From an uncultured Bacilli bacterium (lineage in GTDB: Bacteria; Bacillota_I; Bacilli_A; RF39; UBA660), in the NCBI GenBank assembly GCA_950097225.1, contig CATNCE010000001.1, forward strand, positions 48,451 to 112,450: DNA of 64,000 nucleotides. Reading direction: 5' to 3'. The notes under the pieces were generated by a model. It was not told the DNA's origin, searched no databases, and saw only the letters and a list, made by a program, of their open reading frames with translations. A program made the position numbers and the translations under genes. This document shows positions 1-9,100 of the stretch, piece by piece. Every line of letters begins with the position of its first letter. Within the stretch, counting starts at the first letter, position 1.

Positions 1-2
1 GT

Positions 3-2000
3 TTTATACCGGGAAAAGATCGTCATGGATATTATGTATTAGATACTTGGAATTATGATGAGAAGAAACCAACGACGAAGGCTTTCTACGAAGCACTAGT
101 GGCACAGAGATATTTTACAATCGTTAGATTAGATGGGGAGTTTTATAAGGTAAATGATACAACAGGAGAGAGAGCTTTGATACCAGAAAGTGAGTGCGAG
201 GCTTTTTATATAGCTGCTGCTTTAAAACAAACACCTAAAAGAAAAAATGCAAAAGACGCAAAAAAAGTAGAGGAACCTGTCATTAATGAACCAGTAGAGG
301 AAAACAGTGTATTAGTATCTGATGAAGTAGTAGAAGAGACTAGAGAGTCAATTAGTGAAGAGCCAATGTTAGATAACGTTTTTCCTGCTTATGAAGATGG
401 ATTACATGATTCTTCTGAAGAAGAGAGTTTAAATTCAGATTTGAGTGAATATTGTTCACAAGATTCAGGATTGAATGATATTTCGTCTTTAAGAGAGTCA
501 ATTAGTGAAGAGCCAATGTTAGATAACGTTTCACCTGCTTATGAAGATGAATTACTTGCTCCTTCTGAAAATGATAGTTATGATTCTCCAGATTTAGTTG
601 GAGAACAAACTTTAAGCTTGGATTTGAGTGCTTATTGTTCACAAAATTCAGAATTTGATGATAGTTCATATTTAGAAGATGAAGAAAAACTAGATGATAA
701 AGAAAAACTAGAGGATAAACTTGCTAAAATGACGGCTAAACGCGTTAAAAAATCTCGTAAGTTTGGCGGGAAAAAGAAAAAACGTTTTGGTTGGAAGAAA
801 ATTTTAATTTCTGCTATAGTTGCCTTACTAGGATTGACTGCTTATAAGGTAGTATCTTATCAATCATTAGAAAATCAAGTTGCTAGGGCTTATAGTGAAG
901 ACTCACAAGTATTATTTGATCTTTATGCTAAAGTATTAAAGGAAAATGAAACAATAAATGATAGCTTGGCAAAAGAAATCTTAGAGTGTATTAAATTAAT
1001 TTCTAAATATGAGTTATCTTTAGAGAATAATATAAAGATTATGCAAAATATTAAAAATACGAAATTCTATAATGCTGATAAACTTTCGAAAACTGTACTT
1101 GCAACTATTTTTGATATAAATGATAACAAGGATTATATTGTTGATGAACTTTATAATAATTATTATGGTAAGGTTACATCTGCACAAAAATATCAATTGA
1201 TATCTAATTTCTTATCTTTAAGTACAGAGGCTTGTACTGAGGTTATTAATGGAGCTAATGTCTCTGATACTATTAATCGTTATTTTAATGTCTCTGATAC
1301 TATGGTATTAGATAATAAGCTAGTTACTGATGGGGATGGACTTATCTATAAAGAGTATATGGATTCTTTTGAGCAAAGAGCATTTGTCAATATTTCTGAT
1401 GAGTGTGAGCTTAGATGTAATATATTTGATAATAATGTTAAAGGGTATGATACTAAGAAGAAATGTTATTTCTATTTTGAGAAAGAAACTCTAGAGGGAA
1501 TTAGTTCTAAGGTTTATCTAGAAAAATTATTTAATTTAGTTCAAGAAAAGTCTTCTTTAGATTATAATAATACGACTGATCGTGCTTTAGTTTATTTGTA
1601 TGCTAATGCTTGTGTAGTTAATGCTAGTAAAAATGAGGGAATAGTAACAATTGATGATATGCTTATGGCTACACATAATTCTAATTCGGTGGTTAGTTTT
1701 TATGATTCGATGTCTTTCCTTAGTGGCAATGAGTTAAATCGAAATAATATTCATTTATTAGCAAGACTTTGTGCATATGGAAGTGAATCTATTCCTTTAT
1801 TACAAGAAGTTAATTTATGTATGAAAAAAGACTTAGACGATGGGCTTATTGATACAGATTGTTATAATTTCTTTGTTGAATCGATTTATTCTTTCCTTGA
1901 AGGAAACGAAGAAATTTATAAAATGTTCGATGATGCTAATAATAACAATACCTCAATTGAGGGATATAAGTTAAATCTTGTAGATACAAAAGTTATTTAG
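3..2000 (+). CDS. Hypothetical bitopic membrane protein, 5' end cut by the window edge
   Basis: I read every codon from nt 3 to 98 and the frame of the 99..2000 ORF is stop-free, so the GTG at 99 (no RBS) is probably internal. The N part is acidic and repeat-rich. A basic stretch and one TM helix (KKILISAIVALLGLTAYKVV) follow, then a ~390-aa C-terminal domain I cannot assign to a family. Confidence 0.6.
   Translation, partial: FIPGKDRHGYYVLDTWNYDEKKPTTKAFYEALVAQRYFTIVRLDGEFYKVNDTTGERALIPESECEAFYIAAALKQTPKRKNAKDAKKVEEPVINEPVEENSVLVSDEVVEETRESISEEPMLDNVFPAYEDGLHDSSEEESLNSDLSEYCSQDSGLNDISSLRESISEEPMLDNVSPAYEDELLAPSENDSYDSPDLVGEQTLSLDLSAYCSQNSEFDDSSYLEDEEKLDDKEKLEDKLAKMTAKRVKKSRKFGGKKKKRFGWKKILISAIVALLGLTAYKVVSYQSLENQVARAYSEDSQVLFDLYAKVLKENETINDSLAKEILECIKLISKYELSLENNIKIMQNIKNTKFYNADKLSKTVLATIFDINDNKDYIVDELYNNYYGKVTSAQKYQLISNFLSLSTEACTEVINGANVSDTINRYFNVSDTMVLDNKLVTDGDGLIYKEYMDSFEQRAFVNISDECELRCNIFDNNVKGYDTKKKCYFYFEKETLEGISSKVYLEKLFNLVQEKSSLDYNNTTDRALVYLYANACVVNASKNEGIVTIDDMLMATHNSNSVVSFYDSMSFLSGNELNRNNIHLLARLCAYGSESIPLLQEVNLCMKKDLDDGLIDTDCYNFFVESIYSFLEGNEEIYKMFDDANNNNTSIEGYKLNLVDTKVI
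342..670. repeat. In-frame tandem duplication (~150-bp period) inside the first CDS
   Basis: AGAGAGTCAATTAGTGAAGAGCCAATGTTAGATAACGTTT occurs at 342 and again at 492. The protein repeat is RESISEEPMLDNV(F/S)PAYED...DLS(E/A)YCSQ(D/N)S. Confidence 0.8.
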
Positions 2001-2004
2001 AGTA

Positions 2005-2033
2005 TTTACAAAGACTTATAAAAGTTTTATAAT
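2005..2033 (+). promoter_or_regulatory. Sigma-A-type promoter candidate (TTTACA-17 nt-TATAAT)
   Basis: TTTACA is at 2005-2010, TATAAT at 2028-2033, and the spacer is exactly 17 nt. It lies just after the stop of the upstream CDS and ahead of the LOG-glyQS pair. Confidence 0.5.
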
Positions 2034-2086
2034 TATGGTTATGAAGCAAAGATGGGTGTGGAAAGCCTGGAGCTATATAGAAATAC

Positions 2087-2149
2087 AAAGACCAAAGTAT
2101 GGTGGGACAGCGAAGTTATTTTCGCCCATACGTATTTGGTCTTTTTTTT
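2087..2149 (+). terminator. Long interrupted hairpin plus U8: intrinsic terminator or attenuator
   Basis: AAAGACCAAA (2087-2096) pairs with TTTGGTCTTT (2135-2144). An inner GTATGG/CCATAC stem follows, then T8 at 2142-2149. The GGAGG RBS of the next gene comes immediately after. Confidence 0.7.
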
Positions 2150-2159
2150 GGAGGATGAT

Positions 2160-2693
2160 ATGAAGATTTTCGTCGCTTGTTCAGGGGAAGAATCGGTCGA
2201 TATTAAATATCGCGATTTGGCCACAGATGTTGCTACACTTTTAGTACGAAAACAACATAAGTTGTTATTTGGAGGCTTAGATACTGGCGCGATGCATAAG
2301 TGTTATATGACTTATAAGTATGAAGGTGGGAAAGTTAAGGCAATTGCTGATGTGCACGATGCAACTGTGGTTAATTCCTTGGAAGTAGATGCTTATGAGA
2401 TAACGCCGACGACATTTGAGCAAATTAAAAGATTGTATGATCAGGCTGATTTAGTCTTGGTATTGCCAGGTGGGATTAATACACTTGCCGAATTTTTTAG
2501 TATTTTAAATGAAAAGAAGAAAAAGTGGAGTGATAAACCAATAATTCTATTTAATTATCATAATTATTATAGAGGACTTTTGAAATTTTTAGAAAGTGTT
2601 TATAATGAGGGATTTGCTACTAATAGGGATATGAAGTTGTTTGGAATTGTTAGTGATATTCAAGCTTTAGAAAGTTATTTAGATAATTTATAA
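2160..2693 (+). CDS. LOG family / TIGR00730 Rossmann-fold nucleotide-binding protein
   Basis: RBS GGAGG is at 2150-2154 and the ATG at 2160. LPGGINTLAEFF fits the PGGxGTxxE motif of LOG (lysine-decarboxylase-like) proteins. The track start at 2052 lies inside the terminator hairpin and is unlikely. Confidence 0.7.
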   Translation: MKIFVACSGEESVDIKYRDLATDVATLLVRKQHKLLFGGLDTGAMHKCYMTYKYEGGKVKAIADVHDATVVNSLEVDAYEITPTTFEQIKRLYDQADLVLVLPGGINTLAEFFSILNEKKKKWSDKPIILFNYHNYYRGLLKFLESVYNEGFATNRDMKLFGIVSDIQALESYLDNL

Positions 2694-2707
2694 ATGTAGA
2701 TATAAAT

Positions 2708-4075
2708 ATGGCAAAGAATATGGAAGAATTAGTTAATTTTTGTAAACAATATGGATATATATTTCAGGGAAGTGAGATATATGGAGGACTTGCAAATACT
2801 TGGGATTACGGACCATTAGGAAGTCGCTTAAAAAATACTATTAAGGATTGCTGGCGTAAAAGATTTATTCAAGAGAGAAAAAATGCTTATGAGGTTGATG
2901 CAGATATTTTGATGCATCCAAAAGTATGGGAAGCATCTGGTCATGTTTCTTCATTTGCAGATCCTTTAGCAGATTGTAAGGAATGTAAAACAAGACATCG
3001 TGTTGATAATTTAATTAACGATTATACTAATTCATCTATGGGTGATGCAATGAGTCAAGAAGAAATGATGGAGTATATTAAGGCTAATAAAGTTCCTTGT
3101 CCTAAGTGTGGAAAATCTAATTTTACGGATATTCGTCAGTTTAATTTGATGTTCCAAACTCAAAGAGGTGTTACTAATGACTCAAAGAATGTAGTTTATT
3201 TGCGACCAGAAAATGCTCAAGGAGAGTATGTTAATTTCTTAAATGTTCAAAGAACAATGCGTGCTAAACTTCCGTTTTCTATTGGACAAATTGGTAAAGC
3301 TTTTAGAAATGAGATAACGCCAGGTAATTTTACATTTAGAACTATTGAATTTGAACAAATGGAGTATCAAACATTTTGTAAAGAAGGAACGGATTCAGAA
3401 TTATACCAATATTTTAAAGAATATGGTAAAAAGTTCTTTATGGATTTAGGATTACCTGAAGATAAGTTAAGATATCATGATCATGAAAAGTTAGCACATT
3501 ATGCTAAAGAGGCTTGTGATATAGAGTATAAGTTTAATTTTGGATGGGGAGAGATCAATGGCACTCATAATCGTACTGATTTTGATTTAACTCGTCATCA
3601 AGAATACTCAGGGGTATCTCAAAACTATTTAGATCCAGATACTAATGAAAAATATATTCCATATATTATTGAGTCTACTTATGGACTTGATAGAACAGTT
3701 TTAGCTATTTTGGATGAGGCGTATAATGTAGAAGAGTTAGAAAATGGAGATACAAGAGAAGTATTAAAATTAAATCCTGTTCTTGCGCCTTATAAAGTAA
3801 ATGTTTTACCTTTGATAAAGAAGAATCACTCCGAAAAAGCCTTAGAAGTATATGAAAAGTTGAGTAAGTATTTTATGGTAAGTTATGATGAGACTGCTAA
3901 TATTGGTAAACGTTATCGTAGAGCTGATGCAATTGGAACACCTTGGTGTGTAACTGTTGATGATGAAACATTAAATAATGATACTGTCACTTTACGTAAT
4001 CGTGATACAATGGAACAAATTACTATGAAGGTATCAGAAGTGAAAGATTATGTGTTAGAAAGAATAGTTTTTTAG
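2708..4075 (+). CDS. glyQS: Glycine--tRNA ligase (dimeric class II GlyRS)
   Basis: 455 aa. The N-terminus FQGSEIYGGLANTWDYGPLG and the motifs RPENAQG and FRNEITPGNF are typical of GlyQS. Confidence 0.95.
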   Translation: MAKNMEELVNFCKQYGYIFQGSEIYGGLANTWDYGPLGSRLKNTIKDCWRKRFIQERKNAYEVDADILMHPKVWEASGHVSSFADPLADCKECKTRHRVDNLINDYTNSSMGDAMSQEEMMEYIKANKVPCPKCGKSNFTDIRQFNLMFQTQRGVTNDSKNVVYLRPENAQGEYVNFLNVQRTMRAKLPFSIGQIGKAFRNEITPGNFTFRTIEFEQMEYQTFCKEGTDSELYQYFKEYGKKFFMDLGLPEDKLRYHDHEKLAHYAKEACDIEYKFNFGWGEINGTHNRTDFDLTRHQEYSGVSQNYLDPDTNEKYIPYIIESTYGLDRTVLAILDEAYNVEELENGDTREVLKLNPVLAPYKVNVLPLIKKNHSEKALEVYEKLSKYFMVSYDETANIGKRYRRADAIGTPWCVTVDDETLNNDTVTLRNRDTMEQITMKVSEVKDYVLERIVF

Positions 4076-4186
4076 TGAACTATTTCTTTTTTTTTGATAT
4101 ACTAATAAAGAGCTTTAAAAAGTGTTTACTATAGTAAACAAAATATGATATTATATTGATATAGTAAATATATGGAGGTGTTTCTT

Positions 4187-4597
4187 ATGGCATTCAAAGC
4201 GATAACTGAAGCTTTATTTCCAAAAGGTAATAATGATGATGTAATTGATACTGAAGATGAATCTTATGATAATGATGTTGAGATGACGACATCAAAAACA
4301 GGGGCTAAGATGATCCTTGTTGAACCAAGAGCTTATTCAGAATCACAACAGATTGCAGATCATTTAAAAAGAAGAAATTCCGTTGTAGTTAATTTAAAAA
4401 GGGTTACAAATGATCAAGCTAGAAGAATTATTGATTTTTTAAGTGGTACTTTATATGCAATTGGTGGAGAATTACAAAGATTAGGTTATGGCATTTATTT
4501 ATGTACTCCTAAAAACGTTAATGTTGAGGGACGCATAAGTGATGAGGAAAGTGAAAAAAAAGCTAAATCGAAAATTGAAGACGAAATGGATTTTTAA
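4187..4597 (+). CDS. sepF: Cell division protein SepF
   Basis: The core is the SepF domain: ILVEPRAYSESQQIADHLKRRNSVVVNLKRV...ARRIIDFLSGTLYAIGG. RBS GGAGGTG is at 4174-4180 and the ATG at 4187. Confidence 0.9.
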   Translation: MAFKAITEALFPKGNNDDVIDTEDESYDNDVEMTTSKTGAKMILVEPRAYSESQQIADHLKRRNSVVVNLKRVTNDQARRIIDFLSGTLYAIGGELQRLGYGIYLCTPKNVNVEGRISDEESEKKAKSKIEDEMDF

Positions 4598-4615
4598 GTA
4601 TTTAGGTGATGCGTT

Positions 4616-5047
4616 ATGAAAAAATTTGATAGGAGTTTAAACGGCTATAATGTCATACAAGTTAATGCATTTTTAGATGATGTTATCAATAGAGTTGATG
4701 ACATGATAACAAAAATGAAGCAAAAAGATTTAGAAATAGATCGCTTAAATAAAGAACTTGAGCATTATAAAAAGATGGATGCAACTTTAAATCGTGCAGT
4801 AGTTGTTGCCGAAGAAGCTGCTAGCAAATATAAGGAAGCATCACTTAATGAAAGTGATTTAATAGTTACAGAAGCTAAGAAAAATGCTAATCGCATAATA
4901 AATGATGCTTTGATGAAGGCAGAAAAGTTAGAAGGCGATGCAGCACGTTTACGTCGAAATATCGTTGCTTATAAGCGAAGAGTGAGATCATTAATTGAGC
5001 AGCAAGCCGATATTATTGATGATTTAGACAAAATAGATATTGAATAG
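4616..5047 (+). CDS. divIVA: DivIVA-domain cell division protein
   Basis: The N-terminal FDRSLNGYNVIQVNAFLDDV matches the DivIVA lipid-binding motif. The rest is coiled coil, and the gene sits directly after sepF. Confidence 0.75.
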   Translation: MKKFDRSLNGYNVIQVNAFLDDVINRVDDMITKMKQKDLEIDRLNKELEHYKKMDATLNRAVVVAEEAASKYKEASLNESDLIVTEAKKNANRIINDALMKAEKLEGDAARLRRNIVAYKRRVRSLIEQQADIIDDLDKIDIE

Positions 5048-5106
5048 CAAGGATACTTGTTATTTTTTTGTTTAGTTATATTATGAAGGTGGAAGTGGGT
5101 GATATT

Positions 5107-5376
5107 ATGAAGACTAGTCTATTAGAGATTCCTAATGTTGGAAGAAGAACGATGATAAGCTTGATGAATATCGGGATAACTTGTGTTGAAGATTTAGTTG
5201 GAGCTGATCCAGAAGAGCTATATAGAAAAGATTCATTAAAAAAGGGGATGAATGTTGACAGATGCCAGTTGTATCTTTTTAGAATGATTGTTTATTATGC
5301 GGAAAATGAAGTAAGAGATGCGGAAAAACTCAAATGGTGGTATTGGAAAGATAAAGAGTATCCAGAAAAAAACTAA
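5107..5376 (+). CDS. Helix-hairpin-helix domain protein (Cdd1 / pathogenicity-locus-like)
   Basis: LLEIPNVGRRTMISLMNIGITCVEDLVGADPEELY is an HhH-type motif. The start was chosen at the ATG at 5107. Confidence 0.45.
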   Translation: MKTSLLEIPNVGRRTMISLMNIGITCVEDLVGADPEELYRKDSLKKGMNVDRCQLYLFRMIVYYAENEVRDAEKLKWWYWKDKEYPEKN

Positions 5377-5391
5377 GTAGGGGCTACTTAG

Positions 5392-5931
5392 TTAGGAGAA
5401 GAGTTTTTTAGCTAAATTTTTTAAATAGGCATTTATTTCATCGAGAGAATAATTTGTTTCGCCACGGAAATGCTTGATATAGAGATTGGCACAGCCATGA
5501 GTATATAGTATGAGATCCAACTCATGACGAGTTTTACCAAATGATATATCTAATTTCTTGCGTAGAAGTTTAACGATATGATCAGCATACATGATAGCTT
5601 CAGGGCTAGATAGAATCATGGAATAGATGTATTCATTTTCTTTTAAATAGTCGGTTATAGCATCTAAAGCATGATCAAAGTCTTTAGTGCTTTTTAAGTC
5701 TTCAATATTTTTTTGAAGTATTTCCATTGTTTCAGTTTGAATATCGCCTGCTACTTCATAAATATTATCATAATGCGTATAAAAAGAAGAACGTGTGATG
5801 CCAGCAATGCTAACGAGTTCTTTAACGGTGATGTTAGAAAGAGTCTTTTTTTCATACATGAGAACAGCAAAAGCTTCTTTGATAGCTTTTTTTGTTTTGC
5901 GTGAAGAGGCGTTAAGGTTTTTTACTTTCAT
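5392..5931 (-). CDS. TetR/AcrR family transcriptional regulator
   Basis: HTH: ITVKELVSIAGITRSSFYTHYDNIY. I chose the start MKVKNLNASS (ATG at 5931), because the longer track ORF to 6132 overlaps the divergent transporter start. Confidence 0.85.
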   Translation of the reverse strand: MKVKNLNASSRKTKKAIKEAFAVLMYEKKTLSNITVKELVSIAGITRSSFYTHYDNIYEVAGDIQTETMEILQKNIEDLKSTKDFDHALDAITDYLKENEYIYSMILSSPEAIMYADHIVKLLRKKLDISFGKTRHELDLILYTHGCANLYIKHFRGETNYSLDEINAYLKNLAKKLFS

Positions 5932-5998
5932 TTTTTTTGCTCCTTTAGGCAATATTATAGCATTAAAATAACATCTTTTATATTGGACAGTGTAAAAA

Positions 5999-6033
5999 TA
6001 GACAATAATTTTTACTTTGTCTAAATTTAGACA
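5999..6033. promoter_or_regulatory. Candidate TetR operator (TAGACA half-sites, 14-bp perfect palindrome)
   Basis: GTCTAAATTTAGAC at 6019-6032 is a perfect palindrome. A further TAGACA lies at 5999-6004. Both sit in the divergent TetR/MMPL intergenic region. Confidence 0.4.
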
Positions 6034-6106
6034 TAATAGCGAAATGTGTGCTGTTTTTTGTCTTCTTTCTTGCATATAATGTTTTGTGGTTGAAAGGAAT
6101 GATAAC

Positions 6107-9100
6107 ATGAAAAAACGAATAGTTGATTTCATAGTTGATAAAAGATATTTAGTTCTAATAACTTTTACAATTGGAGCTTTATTTTGTCTATTTATCAGCA
6201 GTTATGTGAATATAAATCGCGATATGATGGAGTATTTGCCAAGTTCTTCTGAGACGAGGATTGGCAGCGATATTATGGAAAGAGAATTTGGAAGTAGTAG
6301 TACAAGTGATCTTAATTTAATGTTTGAAGATTTAGATGACAAGATGTTTGTAAAAGAAAGTCTTCAAAAAATGGAACATGTTTTGGAAGTTAAATATGAT
6401 GAGTCTAGCAATTACAATAAGGATAATTATACTCTTTATGTACTTACGATTGACGATGAGGCAAAAGGAAAAAATGCTCGCCTGGTATATGATAATATTG
6501 TAAAAAATTATGATGATTATAAAATCTATATGAGCGGGAGTGTAGCAGAGTGGAATAAACCAGTATTACATGTGGGAATTATTATTTTAGCAATTGTTTG
6601 TGCTATGATTATTTTAATAATTATGTGTGAGTCGTATATTGAACCATTTTTATTTTTGTATGCTATTGGTTTAGCAGTATTTGTCAATATGGGGACTAAT
6701 TTAATCTTTAGTAGTGTTTCTAATATAACAAGTTCTATTGTAGCAATATTGCAATTAGCACTTTCGATGGATTATTCAATTATGTTGATGAACCGTTATA
6801 GTCAGGAGCGCAAACGTGCAAGTTCACGTGAAGAGGCAATGAAGAAATCACTTTTAAATGCATTTGGCTCTATAGCAAGTAGTTCAGTTACAACTATTGT
6901 TGGACTTCTCGCATTAGTGTTTATGAGTTTTACAATTGGAAAAGATTTGGGTTTTGTCTTAGCTAAAGGAGTCTTTTTAAGTTTAGTAAGTATTTTTCTT
7001 GTCTTGCCTTCTTTAATTTTATTGTTTGATAATATAATTGTTAAGACAAAGAAGAAAAGTTTGAATGTTAAGATGAATCTTATTGCTTCAGGAGTATATA
7101 AACTTAAATATCCAATGGCTATTTTGTTTGTTATTTTATTTGGTGTAAGTTTTTTATTAAAGGGAAATCTTCATATACTATATACGGGTACAGAAAATGA
7201 TGAAATTGCTGCTGTATTTGAAGAGAATAATCAAATAGCTATCGTGTATGAAAATAAGTATGAAGAAGTAGTGGCTGATTATTGTCGTAACTTGGAAGAT
7301 GAAAAAATTAGTAATGTCTTGTGTTATGGCAATACGATTGGGGAAAATTTATTTTACGATGAGGTAAATGGTAAGTTAGAGTATTTAGGTTTAGACGTTG
7401 CTATTGAAGATGATTTATTAAAAATAATTTACTATGATTATTATAATAAAGATATTGATAATAAACTAACATTAAATGAATTCGTTAATTTTATTAATAA
7501 AGAGGTCTTGACTAATGAAGAGTTTAGAATTGATTTGGATAAAAAGGTTATAGATAATATTCATATGTTAGAAGATCTAACTAATAAGGGGAATATAAAA
7601 AAGAAAATGTATCCTAAGGAGATGGCCAATAGTTTAGGTATTGATAAGGACTTAGTCGATAATTTGTATGTTTTATATTTTGCTGATAAAGTAAATAATA
7701 AGATTAAGATTGATGAGTTTGTTACTTTTATTAATAAGGAAGTTATAACCGATAAGACGTATGGAAGTATGATTGATGCTAGTATGAAGAGGAACATTAA
7801 TATGCTTTTACCATTTATATCTAAGAAAAATATCAATACTTTTTATACTAGTGAGTATTTAGCTAGTATTTTAGGAATAGAAAAAAGCGATATGGATAAA
7901 TTGATGCTTCTATATTATAAAGATGCTGATAGGGGTATTAAATTAAGTATTAAAGATATATTTATAGGCGTAGATTATCTAAATAAAAATACAGATTATT
8001 TAGTGGGTATAGATACCAGTTTATTTACTAAGTTAAACGTTTTTGCTACTAATAAGAATAATATTAATAATACTAAGATGAGTTATTTTGAGCATAGGGA
8101 AGTATTTAAGAGTATTAATCCTAATTTGGTAGATTTAGTTTATAGTGGATTAGATCAAAATACTCTTCTTAGTCCTTTAGAATTATGTGAGTTGGCATTA
8201 AGGGATTGGAGTGAATATTTGAGTGATGATGATAGTGCTAAGTTAAAGTTATTGGTTATGATTATGGGGAGTACTAATAATAATACTCTTTATAGTTCTA
8301 AGGAGTTTGCTAAAATGTTTTCTTTAGATAATGGAGTAGTTAATTCTTTGTATACTTTAGTTGCAAGTGTTAATGGCTATGAATTTAAAATGAGTATCTA
8401 CGAGGCTGTTAATGTTATTTTAACTAATAAAGATTTACTTCAGGATAAAATAGACTCTAATGTATTAGCAACGTTAGATAGAGTAAATTTAATAATGATG
8501 AATGTCAATAAGGGAAAATCTCTAAGTAGTAAAAAGATGGCTGATATTATGGGAATTAGCAGTGATAATGTTAAGTTACTTTATTCTTTATATGATAGTA
8601 AGAAAAGTCCTAAGAAGATGAATCTAATTGATTTTACTGACTTTATTATTAAGGAAGTTATGAATGATAAGCGTTTTAGTAGTTACTTTAAAGAAAAAGA
8701 TAAGAATGCTGTTAAGACGATAAATGAGATAATGAAGTTATCTTTGGATAATAAGCGTATGAGTGCAACACAAACGCATGCTGTTTTAGCTAATTTAACT
8801 GATGATTTAGATGTTAATTTGGTTAGATTAGTTTATTTATATTATGCTTCAGCAAATGAGTTTGATGAGCATATGAAACTTAGTTTGGAAACTTTGGTAA
8901 AATATATAAGTGATGATGTAATAAAAAGGGATATGTTTAAGGATTTCATTAGTGATGATATGCAAAATAAGATAACAGATGGAGCTAGTAGAATAGATGA
9001 GGCTAAACAAGAACTTGTTGGAGAACATTATTCGCGTATTGTATTAAATACTAAGTATTCTAAAGAAGGAAATGATACGTTTTCATTTGTTGCTAGGTTA

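Noticed and set aside
2034-2149. A full canonical glyQS T-box riboswitch.
   Set aside because: The leader is only ~110 nt, has no GGC specifier codon, and shows no recognisable Stem I (GA/K-turn, distal loops). Only a 10/12 match to the T-box core remains. It is kept as a low-confidence possibility within the attenuator finding.
2041-2163. A Trp-rich leader peptide ORF (MKQRWVWKAWSYIEIQRPKYGGTAKLFSPIRIWSFFWRMI) runs through the terminator and ends in a TGA overlapping the LOG start. It could suggest trp-type ribosome-mediated attenuation.
   Set aside because: No RBS precedes it and it would start at the predicted TSS. The TGG codons are by-products of the GGTGG/TTTGG stem sequences. Downstream genes (LOG, glyQS) have no link to Trp supply.
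5932-6132. Long N-terminal extension of the TetR ORF (track start 6132), and ORF 5713..5904 on the plus strand.
   Set aside because: The extension overlaps the divergent MMPL start and promoter region and has no HTH-family counterpart. The TetR domain begins right after the ATG at 5931. The plus-strand ORF is antisense within TetR.
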